This document shows positions 60,616 through 64,000 of a stretch of DNA of 64,000 bases, piece after piece. How positions within the stretch are numbered: position 1 is the stretch's first letter; each line of letters begins with the position of its first letter. The translations under genes were made by a program, and so were the position numbers. The notes under the pieces are model-generated. The model did not search any database and had not been told where the DNA came from. It saw nothing but the letters and a program-made list of their open reading frames with translations. The stretch comes from a virus (taxonomy: Duplodnaviria > Caudoviricetes): positions 256,001 through 320,000 of the IMG/VR virus record IMGVR_UViG_3300046820_001270. One strand, given 5' to 3'.

Positions 60616-62118
60616 ATGGCACAAACATTAACAATATCGTGGGGAGCACCTAATAATGATAATTCACCACAACAAGTGACGGGTTATACTTTAAGTTATA
60701 AAAAGACAAGTGAAAATGTTTACACAAAAATAACGGGAATTTTAAGTGGAACCACAAGTTATGTTTTAGGTGGATTAGATGGAGGAACAAACTATGATAT
60801 TTGTGTACAATCAAATTGTACCCCAAGTTGTGTTAGTGAAAAAGTGTGCACTACAAAAACAACAAACGCAGACCCAACCCCAACACCAACTAGTACTTCC
60901 ACACCGACACCAACACCTACACCAACCCCTACAGCCACTAGTACACCAACTCCAACTCCAACCCCAACCGCAACACAAACACCAACTCCAACTCCAACAT
61001 CTAATTGTGTAACATCTGTACAATTTGAGGTAGTTAGTGGAGGTGATGTTAGGTATATAGATTGTTGTGGTAATACACTATATCCTCCCAATTTCGGTAT
61101 TGGACCACAAGTAATAAACGATTGTATTCAAAATGGTTCATTATTCGCAGTTGGTGCAAGTATTACGGATATATCTTATGGATCAACGCCTTGTAGTTGT
61201 GTGTCAACCCCAACCTCAACACCAACTAGTACACCAATACCACCAACCGCAACACCATTTGCGACAATATTAAATAACGTTTATGTTAGTGATCCATTAA
61301 CTAGTACTCCAACCGAACAAGATTTAACTTTAGCAATAGAAGACGCTTGTGAGGGTAATAGTAATATTAATACATTCTTAGGTGGTCCTGCAACGATGAC
61401 AGTATACGGTTCCAGTATTTGTGATGCGTCCGCTATGTTTGATCCAAGTACAATTATTCAGCAAGATGTGACATCAGGAGGAATTATTATTTTAAGACAA
61501 TTAATTAATAATTTTGGTGGAAGTGGAGGAAATAAATTATGGTACAGAAAATTCCAAAGATCTGTAGGTGTAAATGTTAATATGTATACACCTATTGGTG
61601 GTTGTTTAGAGTGTGGAGTACCAACCCCAACAGCAACCGTACCGCCACAAATTACAGTTAATATTTACGGAAGACAAAATATTCCATATAATGCCGTATC
61701 AAATAATTTACAATTAGTTTACCAAACATATAGTTCAACTTTAGGCCCACTTAATCATACATCATCAGGTGTACAAAAATCATTAATAGAAGGAGAAACC
61801 TTCTTAGTAAGTCCAAATGTAGATGCTGGCGGTTATTTGAATTTAGGTTTGTATTTAAGGGAGACAAATGGTGCATGTGATTATCTTGAGGTTAATGTAA
61901 ATGTATTTGTCGCCGGTGCTTATTTAACAAGTAGATTTACTGACTCTACAGGTTCATTATTAAGCGATTCTGGATGTGGTTTAGAAGGATCATTGAATGG
62001 AGTAGGTATACCGGTAAGTCAAGCAATAGATGTATATATTAGCCCAACAGCGACAGGTGTGTGTTTTGGATCTGCTCTTACTCCACCAGGGTTAGAGTGT
62101 TTAACAACCAATGAATAA
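60616..62118 (+). CDS. Modular fibre/adhesin-like protein with an N-terminal fibronectin type III domain
   Basis: LTISWGAP...VTGYTLSYK...TSYVLGGLDGGTNYDICVQS is the FN3 W-x-x-P / Y / L-x-P/G-x-T-x-Y pattern. Confidence 0.7.
   Translation: MAQTLTISWGAPNNDNSPQQVTGYTLSYKKTSENVYTKITGILSGTTSYVLGGLDGGTNYDICVQSNCTPSCVSEKVCTTKTTNADPTPTPTSTSTPTPTPTPTPTATSTPTPTPTPTATQTPTPTPTSNCVTSVQFEVVSGGDVRYIDCCGNTLYPPNFGIGPQVINDCIQNGSLFAVGASITDISYGSTPCSCVSTPTSTPTSTPIPPTATPFATILNNVYVSDPLTSTPTEQDLTLAIEDACEGNSNINTFLGGPATMTVYGSSICDASAMFDPSTIIQQDVTSGGIIILRQLINNFGGSGGNKLWYRKFQRSVGVNVNMYTPIGGCLECGVPTPTATVPPQITVNIYGRQNIPYNAVSNNLQLVYQTYSSTLGPLNHTSSGVQKSLIEGETFLVSPNVDAGGYLNLGLYLRETNGACDYLEVNVNVFVAGAYLTSRFTDSTGSLLSDSGCGLEGSLNGVGIPVSQAIDVYISPTATGVCFGSALTPPGLECLTTNE
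60994..61237 (+). repeat. Dispersed repeat copy B (6-Cys module cassette)
   Basis: About 90% identical to 46695-46935. Confidence 0.92.
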
Positions 62119-62143
62119 AATAAAATAAAGATATTTATAACAT

Positions 62144-64000
62144 ATGAGTTTTTTAAATAGTAGTAATTCAGAATTTTTATCGGCAAGAATAACCTCAAGA
62201 GGTAGAAATGCCATTGCAAAGGGTAATTTCAATATTGAATATTTCCAAGTTGGAGATTCTGAATTTGACTATAATTTACCTTTTACAGCATTAACAGGAA
62301 CCACTAATCACCAAAAAGTGTTTACACCTTTTGAAAATGAAAGTGGAGTAAAATACCCTTTTTCATTAGATAGTTCCTTATCAACAACATACGGTAATCC
62401 AATTTTAAACAATTCAATTACACCAATACGTAATGTTATGGGACCTGCGGGGTTTGTTTCTGATTATAAAACATTAGATGATGTAACAATTGCTTGTCCT
62501 GTTGAAAAAGTATATTATTCGGCAATAACAGGAACAAATACTTTTATTTTCACACATACAAGTAATGAGGTTGATTATTTAAATAAAGTTAATCAATTCC
62601 AAAACGCGGAATATGTTACATTGGTTACCGATCAATTTGGAGGAACTAATTTACCTATAATAACTGGTAACAGTAATAGTTTTATCTATAAAAAAGTAGA
62701 TTTTAATATTGTAACGGGAATAACAACAGGATCGACAACCGGTTATACAATAACATTAACATTGGATAGAAGTACCCCTATATTAACAGGATTAACAGGA
62801 TACGCACAAGTAGTCCGAAATAAATGTGAAATTGAGTATCCATTATCAAATGAAGTATCTCCTGTTTGTTCACCTGAACCATATGATCCAATGGGACAAT
62901 TAAATCCATGGACATTGAATGTTGTTTGGGGACAAAAACCAATTGGTGGTGATTACAATGGAACAGACGAAAGTCTATCTGGTTATACAAGTAATCAATT
63001 TATTTCTACTAAAAATTATTTAGGTTATACAACAACAGGACAAACGTTTTCTAATTTTACAGGTGGAACAATAACAGGTACCACATTTAAAAATTCATTC
63101 AATGAGTTAATTGAAGTTTTACCAACAGAACAAAGAGTTATTGCAATTATTCATTATTCTGAATTAGGTGATTTAAGAAATGACCCTGAAAGATTTTTTA
63201 AATATGATGATTACATTAGTAGTAAAACAGGTATAACAGGAGATGATTTATCTGTTATAACAAATGAAGATGGTGATGATATTAGTGATACTGATTATTT
63301 TGAAATTTATATTCCTTTCATTTACTATCATAGAAATACAACAGATACATTTGGTGCGAAATTTACAATGGATACAATTGACTATTATGTTAAACCAGTT
63401 TCAGGAACAACAGGTTCTAGATTTGAATTAAAGTTTAGATATTTGTTAGATGAACAAAATAATAAAGTAGGTAAAGTATTTGTCAACAATAAGATTGTAG
63501 TATTTGATGATCAAGAATTGGTTGCAATTTTAGATTACAGATCAAATAGAAGATATACATTACCTTCACCAAAATTAGGATTAACACCAAGTGATGGTGT
63601 TGCGGAACATTCAATGTTACCGACAACAGGTATGACAGCTTGGGTTACATATATGTTTGCCAATACAAGTGGAGATACTTTAAATTCATTACCTTGTAAT
63701 TATTTTAACAAAATATCAAGTAACACTATCCCATCACAAATTACAATGAAGTTTAGTGGAAATTCATTTTCTAATATGTCAACATCATTGTCGGGAGTAA
63801 AAGACGGTTTTGTTGCAAATAAGTTCTATGCGTTAATTCAAACAGGAACAACACCATCTCCAAATCAATGGAAGAAAATTGATATAACATCTCAAATACC
63901 TGGTTACACAACAGGTTATATTAATCCAACAGGATTAACAGGTGTTTCATTTACGATTAATTATTCAGGATATACAGGTGGAACTTATTTTGATTTTGAA
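62144..64000 (+). CDS. Large structural (tail/baseplate-associated) protein, 3'-truncated by the window edge, not in the ORF track
   Basis: ATG at 62144 after TATTTAT at 62132; the frame is open for 619 codons to the edge (MSFLNSSNSEFLSARITSRGRNAIAKGNFNIEYFQVGDSEFDY...). Confidence 0.8.
   Translation, partial: MSFLNSSNSEFLSARITSRGRNAIAKGNFNIEYFQVGDSEFDYNLPFTALTGTTNHQKVFTPFENESGVKYPFSLDSSLSTTYGNPILNNSITPIRNVMGPAGFVSDYKTLDDVTIACPVEKVYYSAITGTNTFIFTHTSNEVDYLNKVNQFQNAEYVTLVTDQFGGTNLPIITGNSNSFIYKKVDFNIVTGITTGSTTGYTITLTLDRSTPILTGLTGYAQVVRNKCEIEYPLSNEVSPVCSPEPYDPMGQLNPWTLNVVWGQKPIGGDYNGTDESLSGYTSNQFISTKNYLGYTTTGQTFSNFTGGTITGTTFKNSFNELIEVLPTEQRVIAIIHYSELGDLRNDPERFFKYDDYISSKTGITGDDLSVITNEDGDDISDTDYFEIYIPFIYYHRNTTDTFGAKFTMDTIDYYVKPVSGTTGSRFELKFRYLLDEQNNKVGKVFVNNKIVVFDDQELVAILDYRSNRRYTLPSPKLGLTPSDGVAEHSMLPTTGMTAWVTYMFANTSGDTLNSLPCNYFNKISSNTIPSQITMKFSGNSFSNMSTSLSGVKDGFVANKFYALIQTGTTPSPNQWKKIDITSQIPGYTTGYINPTGLTGVSFTINYSGYTGGTYFDFE

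Noticed and set aside
46695-61237. Diversity-generating retroelement TR/VR pair
   Set aside because: Mismatches are not restricted to adenines in either copy, both copies are coding, and no reverse transcriptase is in the window.
1-64000. Stop-codon reassignment (as in Lak or some crAss-like phages) and tRNA genes
   Set aside because: Genes are full-length in the standard code, with TAA and TAG both seen as true stops. No cloverleaf with a T-psi-C arm was recognised in the short spacers.

Overview
A gene-dense, AT-rich 64-kb segment of a large T4-like (contractile-tailed) jumbo myophage read in the standard genetic code. A-rich ribosome-binding regions mostly lacking a Shine-Dalgarno sequence and an SprB-type repeat suggest a Bacteroidota host (inference). 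The window holds a family-B DNA polymerase, neck and tail-terminator genes, a SNF2 helicase, and sheath, tube, chaperone, tape-measure and hub genes. An embedded replication block (gp32-like SSB, RecA/UvsX, 5'-3' exonuclease, DnaB, class II RNR) follows, then baseplate wedge genes and about 20 kb of very large Pro/Thr-linked, Cys-rich fibre-like genes. Reading beyond the ORF track gave four extra coding regions: an RHH regulator (9570-9728, minus strand), a start-less ORF reachable by a +1/-2 frameshift at TTT_TTT_CGT (14396-14554), a DUF5522-like Cys4 protein coupled to the RNR (36244-36417), and a structural gene running off the right edge (62144 onward). The most interesting signals are: (i) the UUU_CGU-type tail-chaperone frameshift; (ii) a strongly enriched [S/T]-G-x-T tetrapeptide in predicted surface virion proteins; (iii) a library of small disulfide-type modules reused between fibre genes and bounded by PT linkers, including one 241-bp cassette about 90% identical between two genes; (iv) a parS-like palindrome in the largest spacer; (v) a strand-specific TATTTAT upstream motif that is the reverse complement of the T4 late promoter. 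All family assignments come from motif recognition by eye; no database search was run.
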